Shown here: one piece after another, positions 29,487 through 39,751 of the stretch
How the letters are laid out: every line of letters begins with the position of its first letter
Position numbering within the stretch: position 1 is the stretch's first letter
NCBI GenBank assembly: GCA_902578135.1
Contig: CACHBU010000001.1
Span: forward strand, 33,932-97,931
DNA from: an uncultured Candidatus Actinomarina sp.
GTDB taxonomy: Bacteria > Actinomycetota > Acidimicrobiia > Actinomarinales > Actinomarinaceae
Direction: 5' to 3'
Length of the DNA stretch: 64,000 nucleotides
Program-made: the position numbers and the translations under genes
The notes under the pieces: generated by a model
What the model saw: the letters and a program-made list of their open reading frames with translations, nothing else
The model's database searches: none
Told to the model about the DNA's origin: nothing

Positions 29487-30044
29487 TTATAAACCGTCTT
29501 CAGGATCTTCTTCTGGAAGTTGCTGATTAATTTTATCTATTGCAGTATCCTCATCAACATTAAGTGCGCACGCAATTTCACTTGCAAGTGTCATCCTTGC
29601 TTTGGCTAGCATTCTTTTTAATGCTGGAGAAATACCTTTATTGATTTGTGCATGTGTTAAGTCTCGCACAACTTCAGCAACCTGTATCACGTCTCCAGAT
29701 GTCATTTTTTCAGTTAGGACTTTGTACCATCTGCTCCAATTCGTTCCTGCTTCTTCAGGTTTTTCCTTGAAAATTGGGAATACTTTTTTTGAAACTGCAT
29801 TCTTTGAAATTACAGGTCTTATAACTTCATCAACACTATCAACAGGAACCATAACTAATAAACCGTCTGTAAGAACTTCGATTTCAAAATACTGAATTCT
29901 CTTTGACTTTGGTTCACCTTCAACAAACACCTCTACATTTTTATTAACTTTTCTAATTACTTTCGCCGCACCGTGATGAGGGTGGACGACAAATTGATTT
30001 GGTTTGTATTTATCTTTTGGAGTTTTTTTAGTTTTAGTTGCCAT
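29487..30044 (-). CDS. carD: CarD family transcriptional regulator
   Basis: VVHPHHGAA, NWSRWYK and AEVVRDL motifs; conserved position upstream of ispF. Confidence 0.93.
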   Translation of the reverse strand: MATKTKKTPKDKYKPNQFVVHPHHGAAKVIRKVNKNVEVFVEGEPKSKRIQYFEIEVLTDGLLVMVPVDSVDEVIRPVISKNAVSKKVFPIFKEKPEEAGTNWSRWYKVLTEKMTSGDVIQVAEVVRDLTHAQINKGISPALKRMLAKARMTLASEIACALNVDEDTAIDKINQQLPEEDPEDGL

Positions 30045-30076
30045 AGATTACAACATTACTATAGATTAAAATCTAT

Positions 30077-31129
30077 TTAATGGCCATTTAGATAGGAAAA
30101 ACCAACATTTTTTAATAATGTATCAAAATAATCCCTTAATTGTTGAGCCCTACCACGACCGATCCCTTCAACACTGTAAAGATTTTCTGGAGAAGAAGTA
30201 AGTAGTTTAGGTAATGTTTTAAATTTTTGGACTAAAGAATCATGTAAGTTTTCTGGTAGGTTCGGCAACCTTGCAAGAACCCTATAGCCTTTTGCTATAG
30301 ACAAGTCATCGAGTGGAAGTTTGCTTAAGACTGAACCAAGGAAGTCGATATTGTTTAATTCCTCATAGGAAAGTTGTGAAATTTCTTCTACTGCTTTTGA
30401 AATATTTCTGTATTTTTTAGATGGCAAATGATCTTTTAAAACTAGATTAAAAGTATTTTTAACACCAGACTCAAAAGAATCAATCTGAATCAAAATTAAG
30501 CCAGCTTCGCCACCAAGTTTTAAAGCCTCTATTCTCACTTGATTAGCTAATCTGGTTAACAACTCGCCTCTTTGAATAACTTCTAACACTTCTTGATTAC
30601 TGAGAGAGTTTTCAATTTCTAATTCACCCAGTTCGGCTACAGCATCATCAAATCTTCTTCTCATTCTATCAACTGACTGTAATGATTCATTAACTCGACC
30701 CAGTGTGACTGATGGCTCTTCTAGTTCAGTTGTGCCTGCATTATTAAAAACTTTAACAAACGACGACTCTTCTGAAACAGTTATAACAGTTAAATCAGTT
30801 TCTTCAGCTGTTCTTTCTGCTGTTCTATGCCTTGTACCAGTTTGGGATGTAGATAGAGAATCAGAAGGATTTAAATGAACATTAGCTTTTAATATTTTGG
30901 TCACATCATTGCTAACAATAATTGCTCCGTCCATTTTTGATAATTCACTAAGCATTTCTGGAGAAAAACTACAATCAATTAAGTTAATTCCTCCTGAAGA
31001 AATTTTTTCTAACTTATTTGAAGTACCAATAACTATCAATGCTCCAGAATTTTTATCAGCAATTAAATCCACTCCAACTCTCAATGGTTGGCCAGGCAGT
31101 AATTGATTTAGTTCATTGCCGTTTTGCAT
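30077..31129 (-). CDS. disA: DNA integrity scanning diadenylate cyclase DisA
   Basis: ELSKMDGA (DGA), GTRHRTAER (RHR) and C-terminal HhH VEGIG motifs. Confidence 0.95.
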   Translation of the reverse strand: MQNGNELNQLLPGQPLRVGVDLIADKNSGALIVIGTSNKLEKISSGGINLIDCSFSPEMLSELSKMDGAIIVSNDVTKILKANVHLNPSDSLSTSQTGTRHRTAERTAEETDLTVITVSEESSFVKVFNNAGTTELEEPSVTLGRVNESLQSVDRMRRRFDDAVAELGELEIENSLSNQEVLEVIQRGELLTRLANQVRIEALKLGGEAGLILIQIDSFESGVKNTFNLVLKDHLPSKKYRNISKAVEEISQLSYEELNNIDFLGSVLSKLPLDDLSIAKGYRVLARLPNLPENLHDSLVQKFKTLPKLLTSSPENLYSVEGIGRGRAQQLRDYFDTLLKNVGFSYLNGH

Positions 31130-31208
31130 ATTTCCTCTTTTATATATGAGTTATTTTTTTATTTGAATGTTACTGTATTATTTTATTATTAGTAATTAGT
31201 TTATTTAT

Positions 31209-32039
31209 ATGAAAAAATTTGAATGTAAAAGTGGTGCTGCGAACTGTCCTGCTCTAGAGGATCAATCTATGGAGTTCTGTACAAGTTGTGGTGAATGGCT
31301 TGGGTTAAGTCTTCAAGATTTGGAAAAAGAGAACTCTATTAAGGAAGATGAAATTCGAAGAACAACTAGAGTTCCTGAACAGTTATTAAATAAACCTCTA
31401 TCTACATATGGTGCCACCCCTTTGCCTTCCAGAAAAGAGGTACCGGGAATAAGAGCTGTATTTTTCCTTACTTTTTTGATTCCTGTTATAGCACTGGCTA
31501 GTTATTTTTATAATTTAAATATTTCAGAAGAGATTATAGAACAAGTAGAGGTTGTTCAACAAATTACTACTACATCGTCAACAACTACTGTTCAAGACAT
31601 TTTAAGAAAAGCATATCCTATTGGTTGTTCTGCCTCTAGCTCATATAGAGATGGTGATGGTTATTCTTGCGAAAATCTTTACGACCAAGATCCGTCATCT
31701 TGGCAGGATAATACTCTTCAATGTAAAGATGGTTGGGTTGAGTTTTCTTTTGCTCAAGAAATTTATATTGACTTTATAGTTTTTCAAAATCTTGAAGATT
31801 CAAAATCCTTTAAACGAAATTTTAAAGCAAGAGATATTGCAATTACTACAACTGACAGTGAGTTTTTATTAAACAAAGAACTTGAAAATGATAATACTTC
31901 TCAGTGGATAGATATAAATCAAACAACATCATATCTCAAAATAGATATTCTTAGCGCATTCCCTGGTGAAGATGTGGGGACAAATGAGGCATTTGATGAA
32001 TGTGCAATTCAAGAAATAACTTTTTACGGAAGAGGCTAA
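31209..32039 (+). CDS. Single-pass membrane protein with N-terminal zinc ribbon and C-terminal discoidin/galactose-binding-like domain
   Basis: N-terminal Cx6C...CTSC; one TM (AVFFLTFLIPVIALASYFY); Thr-rich linker; C-terminal W..F.F...(A)IQEITFYG beta-sandwich pattern. Confidence 0.65.
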   Translation: MKKFECKSGAANCPALEDQSMEFCTSCGEWLGLSLQDLEKENSIKEDEIRRTTRVPEQLLNKPLSTYGATPLPSRKEVPGIRAVFFLTFLIPVIALASYFYNLNISEEIIEQVEVVQQITTTSSTTTVQDILRKAYPIGCSASSSYRDGDGYSCENLYDQDPSSWQDNTLQCKDGWVEFSFAQEIYIDFIVFQNLEDSKSFKRNFKARDIAITTTDSEFLLNKELENDNTSQWIDINQTTSYLKIDILSAFPGEDVGTNEAFDECAIQEITFYGRG

Positions 32040-33277
32040 TTAAGCTCTCCTTTTTTGTAAGGTACACCAATTTTTTCTGGTAATTTTATCCTTTGATTAG
32101 CAAAAGAAAGAACAATTAAAGTAGTTATGTGTGGTGTAAAATAAACAAACTGGTTTGGAATACTTGTAGAATTCAAAAACCAAATTAGAAATGCTGCACT
32201 AAAAATAAAAGATGCAAAACTTGCCTTATATTTTTTTTCAAAAAAAGACTTGAAAGTTAAAACTAGCAAAAATATTGAAATAATTATTAATAAACCATGA
32301 ACGGCTTGTGGAGATCTTAATTGCAAGGCATCAGCAAACCCAAACAACCCAGATCCCATCAAGATACCAAATGGTTTGTAATTTCCAAACAACATAGAAG
32401 CTAAACCAATAAATCCTCTACCACCAGTTTGACCTTCAAGATATGTGCCAGTTCCTGCAACAACAAGGTATGAACCAGCTAAACCAGATAAAGCACCTGA
32501 AATAGTAACGCCAATATATTTCATTAAATAAACATTTACCCCTAATGACTCACTTCCAGCTGGATATTCACCAACACTTCTCATTTGCAACCCAAGTGGT
32601 GTATACCATAAAATTAATATAGAGACTGGAACTAAAGCTAATGCAAATAGTGTTAAATAAGATATATTTGATAAAAATCCTAAAAGAAGACCTGCAAAAT
32701 CAGAAATTAAAATTATATCTAAATCTTCAATGCTACCAATAAAATTTGACGTCTCTCTTTCACCGATTTTTCCACCTGCTAAAAATGGCATTGTAAATTT
32801 TCCAATATCTCCCTGTATCCTTGGTGAAGCAGTTGAAGATGCGAATGCAACATCTTGATATGCAATAACATTTAAAAATCTTGCAACTCCAGCAGCTAGT
32901 ATATTTATAGCTACACCAGAAACTATGTGATCTACTTGAAATGAGACAGTAGCAATTGCATGTATTAGACCAAAAAGTGCCCCACCTAACATGCCAATAA
33001 ATACACCTTGCCATGCACCAAATGTAAATCCACCCCAAGCACCGAACCAGGTACCCATTATCATCATTCCTTCAAGTCCAATGTTGACTACCCCAGTTTT
33101 TTCAGAATACAAACCGCCCAAGCCCGCCAACAAAATTGGAATTGACAATCTAATTGCCGCACCAAAAGTACCACTTGTTGTAAGTTGAGAATAGGTTTCA
33201 ACTTGAGCAACAACTATGACCAACAATATTGGGGTAAAAATAATATATCTTTTTGATAACGATTTAAGTATTTTCAC
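32036..33277 (-). CDS. Nucleoside/sugar (CUT2/BMP) ABC transporter permease, NupC-like
   Basis: SEKTGVVNIGLEGMM and GRGFIGLASMLFGNYKP motifs. Confidence 0.92.
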   Translation of the reverse strand: MKILKSLSKRYIIFTPILLVIVVAQVETYSQLTTSGTFGAAIRLSIPILLAGLGGLYSEKTGVVNIGLEGMMIMGTWFGAWGGFTFGAWQGVFIGMLGGALFGLIHAIATVSFQVDHIVSGVAINILAAGVARFLNVIAYQDVAFASSTASPRIQGDIGKFTMPFLAGGKIGERETSNFIGSIEDLDIILISDFAGLLLGFLSNISYLTLFALALVPVSILILWYTPLGLQMRSVGEYPAGSESLGVNVYLMKYIGVTISGALSGLAGSYLVVAGTGTYLEGQTGGRGFIGLASMLFGNYKPFGILMGSGLFGFADALQLRSPQAVHGLLIIISIFLLVLTFKSFFEKKYKASFASFIFSAAFLIWFLNSTSIPNQFVYFTPHITTLIVLSFANQRIKLPEKIGVPYKKGELN

Positions 33278-34356
33278 TATTCATCCGTTCTTTTTGAAGC
33301 ATCTTTTATTTGTTGCTTCACAATAAATCTTCTTATTACTTCATAGAAAACAACAACGATTAACAAGATAAAAGCTTGCATCATTTGTTCAATTTCTTTT
33401 GGAACATCATTTAAATCTAAAATCTGGGCTGAACGCTGTAAAAATGCAAACAACAAAGCACCAACTGCCATTCCAAAAGGATGATTCCTCCCTAAAAGTG
33501 CAACTCCAATCCCAGCAAATCCTAATCCTGTTGGGAAATCAATTGTATATCTATGAAAATATCCTAAAAGAGGTCCTAATCCAACAAGTCCGGCGAACCC
33601 ACCAGATGTAATCATTGCGATTACAACCAGCTTGTTTGGATTTATACCGCTAAACTTCGCTGCAATTGGATTCGAACCTGTAATTCTCAAGTCAAAGCCT
33701 AAAGTTGTTTTCCAAACCAACCAATAATAAAAAATACCCACAAAAACTGCCACTACCAAAAATCCATGAAGATCTTGAAGGTCTTCAATGTTAAACAAAT
33801 TATTTAAGGGTGGCATTTTTCCACTTTCAGGAAGTTCTTTCGTTCTGGGTAAATCATAATTTGAATTTGGTTCATCAAAAATTGTAGTTAAGGAATATGC
33901 AATTAATCCAGTTCCTATGTAGTTCAACATTATTGTTGAAATAACTTCATGAATTCCCTTTTCAACTTTTAGGTATCCTGCAATAGCGGCCCATAAAGAT
34001 GAGGTTGTTACTGCGACAATAATAATAAATAAAATATGAAGAGGAGTAATTACAGAAAATTGAGCACCAATATATGCAGCAATTAATGATCCCATTAAAT
34101 ACTGCCCCTCAACTCCAATATTGAATAATCCCATTTTGAAGCCCACAGCAACAGCAATAGCAGAAATATAAAGTGGGATAGACCTATTAATAATTGAAAC
34201 AATTGATTTTCCGCGAATTCCGTATTCAAACATAATTTTGAATGTTTCGTAAGGGTCTTTGCCAATAATAAGTAATATCAAAGAACTTAGACCAAATGAT
34301 ATTGTCAATGCAATAATAGGTGCAGATAAACTTACAAGTCTAAATCTCATTTTCAT
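33277..34356 (-). CDS. Nucleoside/sugar (CUT2/BMP) ABC transporter permease, NupB-like
   Basis: GLFNIGVEGQ, HEVISTIMLNY and GIGVALLGRNHP motifs. Confidence 0.92.
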   Translation of the reverse strand: MKMRFRLVSLSAPIIALTISFGLSSLILLIIGKDPYETFKIMFEYGIRGKSIVSIINRSIPLYISAIAVAVGFKMGLFNIGVEGQYLMGSLIAAYIGAQFSVITPLHILFIIIVAVTTSSLWAAIAGYLKVEKGIHEVISTIMLNYIGTGLIAYSLTTIFDEPNSNYDLPRTKELPESGKMPPLNNLFNIEDLQDLHGFLVVAVFVGIFYYWLVWKTTLGFDLRITGSNPIAAKFSGINPNKLVVIAMITSGGFAGLVGLGPLLGYFHRYTIDFPTGLGFAGIGVALLGRNHPFGMAVGALLFAFLQRSAQILDLNDVPKEIEQMMQAFILLIVVVFYEVIRRFIVKQQIKDASKRTDE

Positions 34357-35864
34357 GTTTTTAATCCAGTCATGTATCCACCAAGATCCTCTGGGGTTAC
34401 ATTTTTAGCATCTAATTCTTTAACAAGCTTTCCCTGATAAAAAACAATTATTCTATCTGACAATCCTATCAGTTCTTCTAAGTCTGCTGAAATCAATAAA
34501 ACGGATAGGCCTTCATCTCTACTTTTTTTCAATTTTTCCCAAATTAGAGCTTGTGCACCAATATCAATACCTCTTGTTGGTTGAGAAGCAATTAGTAAAC
34601 TTGGATCATCCTCTAATTCTCTTCCAACGACAAATTTTTGTTGATTTCCGCCAGATAATGCAGTTGCTAGTGTGTTTGTTCCTGGAGTTTTAACCTCAAA
34701 TGCTGATATTACTTTTTCGGACTCTTTAACTGCATTTTTTGTTTTCATTGTTCCAAGACTGCTTTTATATTTCTCAATATTTTGTCTTCCAATAATTACA
34801 TTATTTGTTAAATTCATATCCATAATCATTGCTTGTAATTGTCTATCTTCTGGTATGAAACTAATTCCAGATTCTAATCTTTCTCGAGTACCTTTATTTT
34901 TAATGTCTTGATTCATAAAAGTTATTTTGCCTGAATCAATTGCTTGAATTCCAATAATTGCTTCAACTACTTCCTTTTGACCGTTACCCTCTACTCCCGC
35001 TATACCTAAAATTTCTGATTTGTTTACTTCAAATGATATGTCTGTAAATACATTTCTTCCATCCTCATCTTGTGATTCTAAATTTTCAACTTTTAAGATT
35101 ATCTCTTCACTAGTAGATGTAGCTCTTGGAGGAGGTACTGGAAGACTCTTGCCTATCATCATTTCAGCTAATTGAATTTTGCTGACATTATTATTCAAAA
35201 CAGTATCGATCATTTGTCCTGACCTCATTACAGATATCTCATCTGCAATCTCTAAAACTTCATCCAATTTATGTGAAATAAACAATACAGTCACACCGTT
35301 ATCTTTTAGATCTTTTAAATTTTTAAATAATTCATCAACTTCTTGAGGTACTAATACAGCAGTTGGTTCATCTAAAATTAATATCTTTGCACCTCTATAC
35401 AAAACTTTAATTATTTCTACTCTTTGTTTTTCACCAACACTTAGTTCATCAACATATTGATCAAGATCAATATTAAGTGAATACAGATTCATTACTTTTT
35501 GAATTTCTGATCTGTATTTAGCTAATTTAATATTTTTTAAAAATGGTTTATCAATACCCAAAATTATATTTTCTAAAACTGTAAGATTTTTTGCCAACAT
35601 AAAGTGCTGATGAACCATACCAATTCCTAAATTTATTGCTTCTTTAGGTGAGGAGATATTTGCTTTGTTTTCAAAAATTTCTATGATTCCAGAGTCTGGC
35701 TTTACCATACCATATAACATTTTCATTAAAGTAGATTTGCCGGCTCCATTTTCACCAACAATTGCATGTATGTGTCCTGAAAAAACGTTAATAGAAACAT
35801 CGGAATTGGCTAAAACACCTGGATATGTTTTAGTAATATTTTTTATATTTATCGCTGATTTCAT
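34353..35864 (-). CDS. Nucleoside/sugar ABC transporter ATP-binding protein with two ABC domains, NupA-like
   Basis: GENGAGKS, GMVHQHFML, LSVGEKQRVEI, LSGGNQQK and PTRGIDIGA motifs. Confidence 0.95.
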   Translation of the reverse strand: MKSAINIKNITKTYPGVLANSDVSINVFSGHIHAIVGENGAGKSTLMKMLYGMVKPDSGIIEIFENKANISSPKEAINLGIGMVHQHFMLAKNLTVLENIILGIDKPFLKNIKLAKYRSEIQKVMNLYSLNIDLDQYVDELSVGEKQRVEIIKVLYRGAKILILDEPTAVLVPQEVDELFKNLKDLKDNGVTVLFISHKLDEVLEIADEISVMRSGQMIDTVLNNNVSKIQLAEMMIGKSLPVPPPRATSTSEEIILKVENLESQDEDGRNVFTDISFEVNKSEILGIAGVEGNGQKEVVEAIIGIQAIDSGKITFMNQDIKNKGTRERLESGISFIPEDRQLQAMIMDMNLTNNVIIGRQNIEKYKSSLGTMKTKNAVKESEKVISAFEVKTPGTNTLATALSGGNQQKFVVGRELEDDPSLLIASQPTRGIDIGAQALIWEKLKKSRDEGLSVLLISADLEELIGLSDRIIVFYQGKLVKELDAKNVTPEDLGGYMTGLKT

Positions 35865-35882
35865 TGTTTTATAAAAAATATC

Positions 35883-35906
35883 CGTTCCAGGGTTTCCCCC
35901 GGAACG
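35883..35906 (-). terminator. Intercistronic stem-loop after the BMP gene (partial terminator or mRNA stabiliser)
   Basis: Minus strand CGTTCCGGGG-GAAA-CCCTGGAACG (one G-U pair, GNRA loop), followed by GATATTTTTT. Confidence 0.75.
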
Positions 35907-35928
35907 AATATAAAATTTCTAGCCTTTA

Positions 35929-37047
35929 CTAAGGTCTAGCTGATGGAGGGACAATCTCTCCACTCATAATTTTTTCTTTATAGCTATCAATTTGATCTTT
36001 TATATCATCAATATAGCCACCAGAATATGATAGATAAATTCCGCCAGTTGCTAAATTATCTACGTTTGCTCCACCAGTAAAAGTACCTTCCATTGTTTGC
36101 TTTGCAGCATTATAAATAGAAACATCGACTGCTTTTACCATAGATGAAAGAATGTATTCTTGAAGCTCAGGTAGTGCATTACCAACTTGATAATATTGAT
36201 CAAAGTCAACACCTATACCCCATACTTTAGAACCAGTACTTTCAGATACTTCTTTAGCAGCTTGGAACATACCTGTTCCTGTACCACCAGCAGCATGATA
36301 AATAATATCAGCACCTGCTTCATATTGTGCAAGCGCAATTTCTTTACCTTTGACTGTGTCATTAAATCCAGAAAAATCTGGAGCAACGCTGGCGTATCCA
36401 ATTTGAACTACGATATCTGGGTTGATTGCCGCAACACCAGCAAGAAATCCTTGTTCAAATTCATGAATAAGTGGAAAATCAACTCCACCTAAGAATCCAA
36501 CATTGTTTGTTTTTGTTTTCAAAGCTGCTGCAACACCTGCTAAGAATGAACCTTCAGCATGATTAAATAACATGCCTCTTACATTTCCAGGTTCAGCAAC
36601 ACCATCAGTAATTGCAAAATTCAAATCAGGATAATTTGGAGCAACTTCATTCATTGATGCATCGAATAGGAAACCATTACCAATAATTAAATCATTTCCT
36701 GCTTCTGCACAAAGTTCTAGAAGCTCTCCTCTATTTTCTCCACCACCCTCTGGCTCTAAGAATGTTCCTTTCATGCCAAAGTCAGCGACAGCTTTTTCAT
36801 ATCCAGCGTAAGCTAGATCGTTAAATGAGAGGTCGCCAAGGCCACCAATATCTAACACTAAGCAAATGCCCATAGGGTCTTCTTCTGGCTCAGCAGGTGC
36901 AGCTGTTGTAGCGGGAGCATCCAGTGTTTCAACTGGTTCCTCTACTGCAACATCTTCAACCGCGTCGTCAGATCCGCCTCCACAAGCAACTAAAAATAAA
37001 CTAAATACCATGAAAAGTATTAGCCATTTTGACTTCATTCGAGTCAC
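35929..37047 (-). CDS. BMP family ABC transporter substrate-binding lipoprotein (nucleoside-type)
   Basis: Lipobox LVAC, GGLGDLSFND, ADIIYHAAGGTG and IGVDFDQ motifs; SD AAGGAG before the GTG start. Confidence 0.94.
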   Translation of the reverse strand: MTRMKSKWLILFMVFSLFLVACGGGSDDAVEDVAVEEPVETLDAPATTAAPAEPEEDPMGICLVLDIGGLGDLSFNDLAYAGYEKAVADFGMKGTFLEPEGGGENRGELLELCAEAGNDLIIGNGFLFDASMNEVAPNYPDLNFAITDGVAEPGNVRGMLFNHAEGSFLAGVAAALKTKTNNVGFLGGVDFPLIHEFEQGFLAGVAAINPDIVVQIGYASVAPDFSGFNDTVKGKEIALAQYEAGADIIYHAAGGTGTGMFQAAKEVSESTGSKVWGIGVDFDQYYQVGNALPELQEYILSSMVKAVDVSIYNAAKQTMEGTFTGGANVDNLATGGIYLSYSGGYIDDIKDQIDSYKEKIMSGEIVPPSARP

Positions 37048-37191
37048 TTTTTACTCCTTGTTCAACTAGTTGAAGGTATACAAAATACCTATACGAAATA
37101 CATAGTAGACAAAAATTTTTGGTTAAGCCTTGTTCTTGACTAAGTTTTTTGGTTCAATTTGACAAATAAGTTAGCTTATTTATTTGAATAA

Positions 37192-39672
37192 TTAAGATTC
37201 AGAATCAACAAAATCAACTGGAGGCTCATCTGGTGCTTCAACAGGCTCAAAGTCAAGCTTCTGATTTTCACTGTCAAGAGAGACAATTATAGTTGATCCA
37301 GCCTTATATTTGCCCATCAAAAGTTCTTCAGATAACGGATCTTCTAAAAGACGTTGAATAGACCTTCTGAGCGGTCTGGCACCAAATTCTTTATCATATC
37401 CTTGAGTTGCCAAATACTCTTTTGCTTCATCAGAAAGAACAATTTCTAAGTCAGAATTTTTTAATTGTTCATGAACTCTATCAAGCATAAGGTCAACAAT
37501 CTCTTTTACTTCATCTAATGTAAGTTCATGGAACACAATTGTTTCGTCTATTCTATTTAGGAATTCGGGCTTAAAATATCTTTTTAGCTCTTCTCCAACT
37601 TTAGATTTCATTTTTTCGTAATTATCAATCTCTGACAGACTGCTAAAGCCAACATTCTTTGAAATATCTTTGGTTCCTAGGTTGGAAGTCATAATGATAA
37701 TTGTATTTTTGAAATCAACAGTTCTTCCCTGAGCATCAGTTAAACGTCCATCTTCTAAAATTTGAAGAAGAGTATTAAATACGTCTGGATGTGCCTTTTC
37801 AACCTCATCAAGAAGAACTATGCTGAATGGTTTCCTTCGAACTGCTTCTGTAAGTTGTCCACCTTCATCATAACCTACGTAACCTGGTGGAGAACCAATT
37901 AATCTACTTACAGTATGTTTTTCCATATATTCAGACATGTCAATTTGAATTAATGAATCTTCATCTCCAAAAAGGAACTCTGCCAAGGCTTTTGCTGTTT
38001 CTGTTTTACCAACTCCAGAAGGTCCTAAGAATATAAATGAGCCAGATGGTCGTTTTGGATCTTTTAGACCTGATCTTGTTCTTCTAATTGCTTTAGAAAC
38101 CGCTGAAATTGCTTCTTCCTGGCCAATAATTCTTTTATGAAGTTCATTTTCCATTTCAAGCAATCTAGCTGTTTCTTCTTGTGTTAGTCTATGTACTGGA
38201 ATACCAGTCCACTGAGCTAAAACTTCTGCTATTTCTTCTTCATCAATAACCATCTCAATTTCTGATACTTCGCTTGGGTTGCTACTAGAAACCTCATCTA
38301 AAAGAAGTTTTTCTTGATCTCTAATTTGTGCAGCTTTTTCATATAGTTGTGACTGTACAGCATCAATTTTTTGTTCTCTTAAGTTCTTAAGTTTGTCAGC
38401 TGCTTCTTGTTTTTCTGGGTCTAAAGGCTTTTTGTACACTCTCATTCGGCTACCAGCTTCATCAATTAAATCTATTGCTTTATCAGGTAAAAATCTATCT
38501 GAAATATACCTATCTGCCATATTTACAGCTGAAGCTATAGCTTGGTCTGTAAATCTAACACCGTGGTGAACTTCATATCTGTCTTTTAGTCCATCAAGAA
38601 TTTCAATTGCATCAGAGAGCTTAGGTTCATCAACTTGAACAGATTGAAATCTTCTTTCTAAAGCTGCATCTTTTTCAAAATGTTTTCTGAATTCTTCAAG
38701 TGTTGTTGCGCCAATTGTTTGTAGTTCTCCCCTAGCTAACATTGGTTTTAGTATTGATGCAGCGTCAATTGCACCTTCTGCTGCTCCAGCTCCAACAAGA
38801 GTATGAATTTCATCAATAAAAAGTACAATGTCACCTCTAGTTTTTATTTCTTTTAAAACTTTTTTAAGTCTTTCCTCAAAATCTCCTCGATATCTAGAAC
38901 CAGCTACTAAAGCAGATAGGTCTAGGGTATAAATTTGTTTTCCTTCAAGAGTTACAGGTACATCACCTGAGACAATTTTTTGTGCTAGACCTTCAACGAT
39001 TGCAGTTTTTCCAACTCCTGGCTCACCAATTAAAACAGGATTATTTTTTGTTCTACGTGAAAGAATCTGCATAACTCTTTCTATTTCAGTAGTACGTCCA
39101 ATAACAGGATCGAGCTTTCCTTCTTTTGCCATTCTTGTTAAGTTTCTACCAAATTGATCTAAGATTGCAGAACCGGTGCTTGATCCGGGTCTCTCCCTAC
39201 CACCAGTTGATGCTGACTGCTGTTTTTTACTTTCACCTGATGAGGAAATTAATTTTATTACAGTTTGTCTTACTTGAGAAAGTTCTGCTCCAAGCTTTTT
39301 AAGTACCTGCGCAGCTACACCTTCACCTTCTCTAATAAGACCTAAAAGAATGTGTTCAGTACCTATGTAGTTGTGACCTAATTGTAAAGCTTCTCTTAAT
39401 GAAAGTTCTAGAACTTTTTTTGCGCGAGGAGTGAATGGAATATGTCCACTTGGAGATTGCTGGCCTTCGCCAATAATTTCAACAACTTCTGACCTCACAC
39501 TATCAATGTTGATGTTAAGTTCATCAAGGGCCTTAGCAGCATGTCCTTCTCCTTCTTGAATTAAGCCAAGAAGTATGTGCTCGGTACCAATATAATTGTG
39601 ATTTAATCTTCTTGCTTCTTCTTGAGCAAGTACGACTACTCTCCTGGCACGGTCTGTAAATCTTTCAAACAT
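37192..39672 (-). CDS. clpC: ATP-dependent Clp protease ATP-binding subunit ClpC
   Basis: [22 protein letters not shown]-domain and two AAA+ modules ([16 protein letters not shown]). Confidence 0.98.
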   Translation of the reverse strand: MFERFTDRARRVVVLAQEEARRLNHNYIGTEHILLGLIQEGEGHAAKALDELNINIDSVRSEVVEIIGEGQQSPSGHIPFTPRAKKVLELSLREALQLGHNYIGTEHILLGLIREGEGVAAQVLKKLGAELSQVRQTVIKLISSSGESKKQQSASTGGRERPGSSTGSAILDQFGRNLTRMAKEGKLDPVIGRTTEIERVMQILSRRTKNNPVLIGEPGVGKTAIVEGLAQKIVSGDVPVTLEGKQIYTLDLSALVAGSRYRGDFEERLKKVLKEIKTRGDIVLFIDEIHTLVGAGAAEGAIDAASILKPMLARGELQTIGATTLEEFRKHFEKDAALERRFQSVQVDEPKLSDAIEILDGLKDRYEVHHGVRFTDQAIASAVNMADRYISDRFLPDKAIDLIDEAGSRMRVYKKPLDPEKQEAADKLKNLREQKIDAVQSQLYEKAAQIRDQEKLLLDEVSSSNPSEVSEIEMVIDEEEIAEVLAQWTGIPVHRLTQEETARLLEMENELHKRIIGQEEAISAVSKAIRRTRSGLKDPKRPSGSFIFLGPSGVGKTETAKALAEFLFGDEDSLIQIDMSEYMEKHTVSRLIGSPPGYVGYDEGGQLTEAVRRKPFSIVLLDEVEKAHPDVFNTLLQILEDGRLTDAQGRTVDFKNTIIIMTSNLGTKDISKNVGFSSLSEIDNYEKMKSKVGEELKRYFKPEFLNRIDETIVFHELTLDEVKEIVDLMLDRVHEQLKNSDLEIVLSDEAKEYLATQGYDKEFGARPLRRSIQRLLEDPLSEELLMGKYKAGSTIIVSLDSENQKLDFEPVEAPDEPPVDFVDSES

Positions 39673-39751
39673 AATCTTATATTAATAACTATCCGTTTAT
39701 ACACTTAAATGAAAATTGCAAGTATTTATACATTTCACGTATTCTTTAGAT

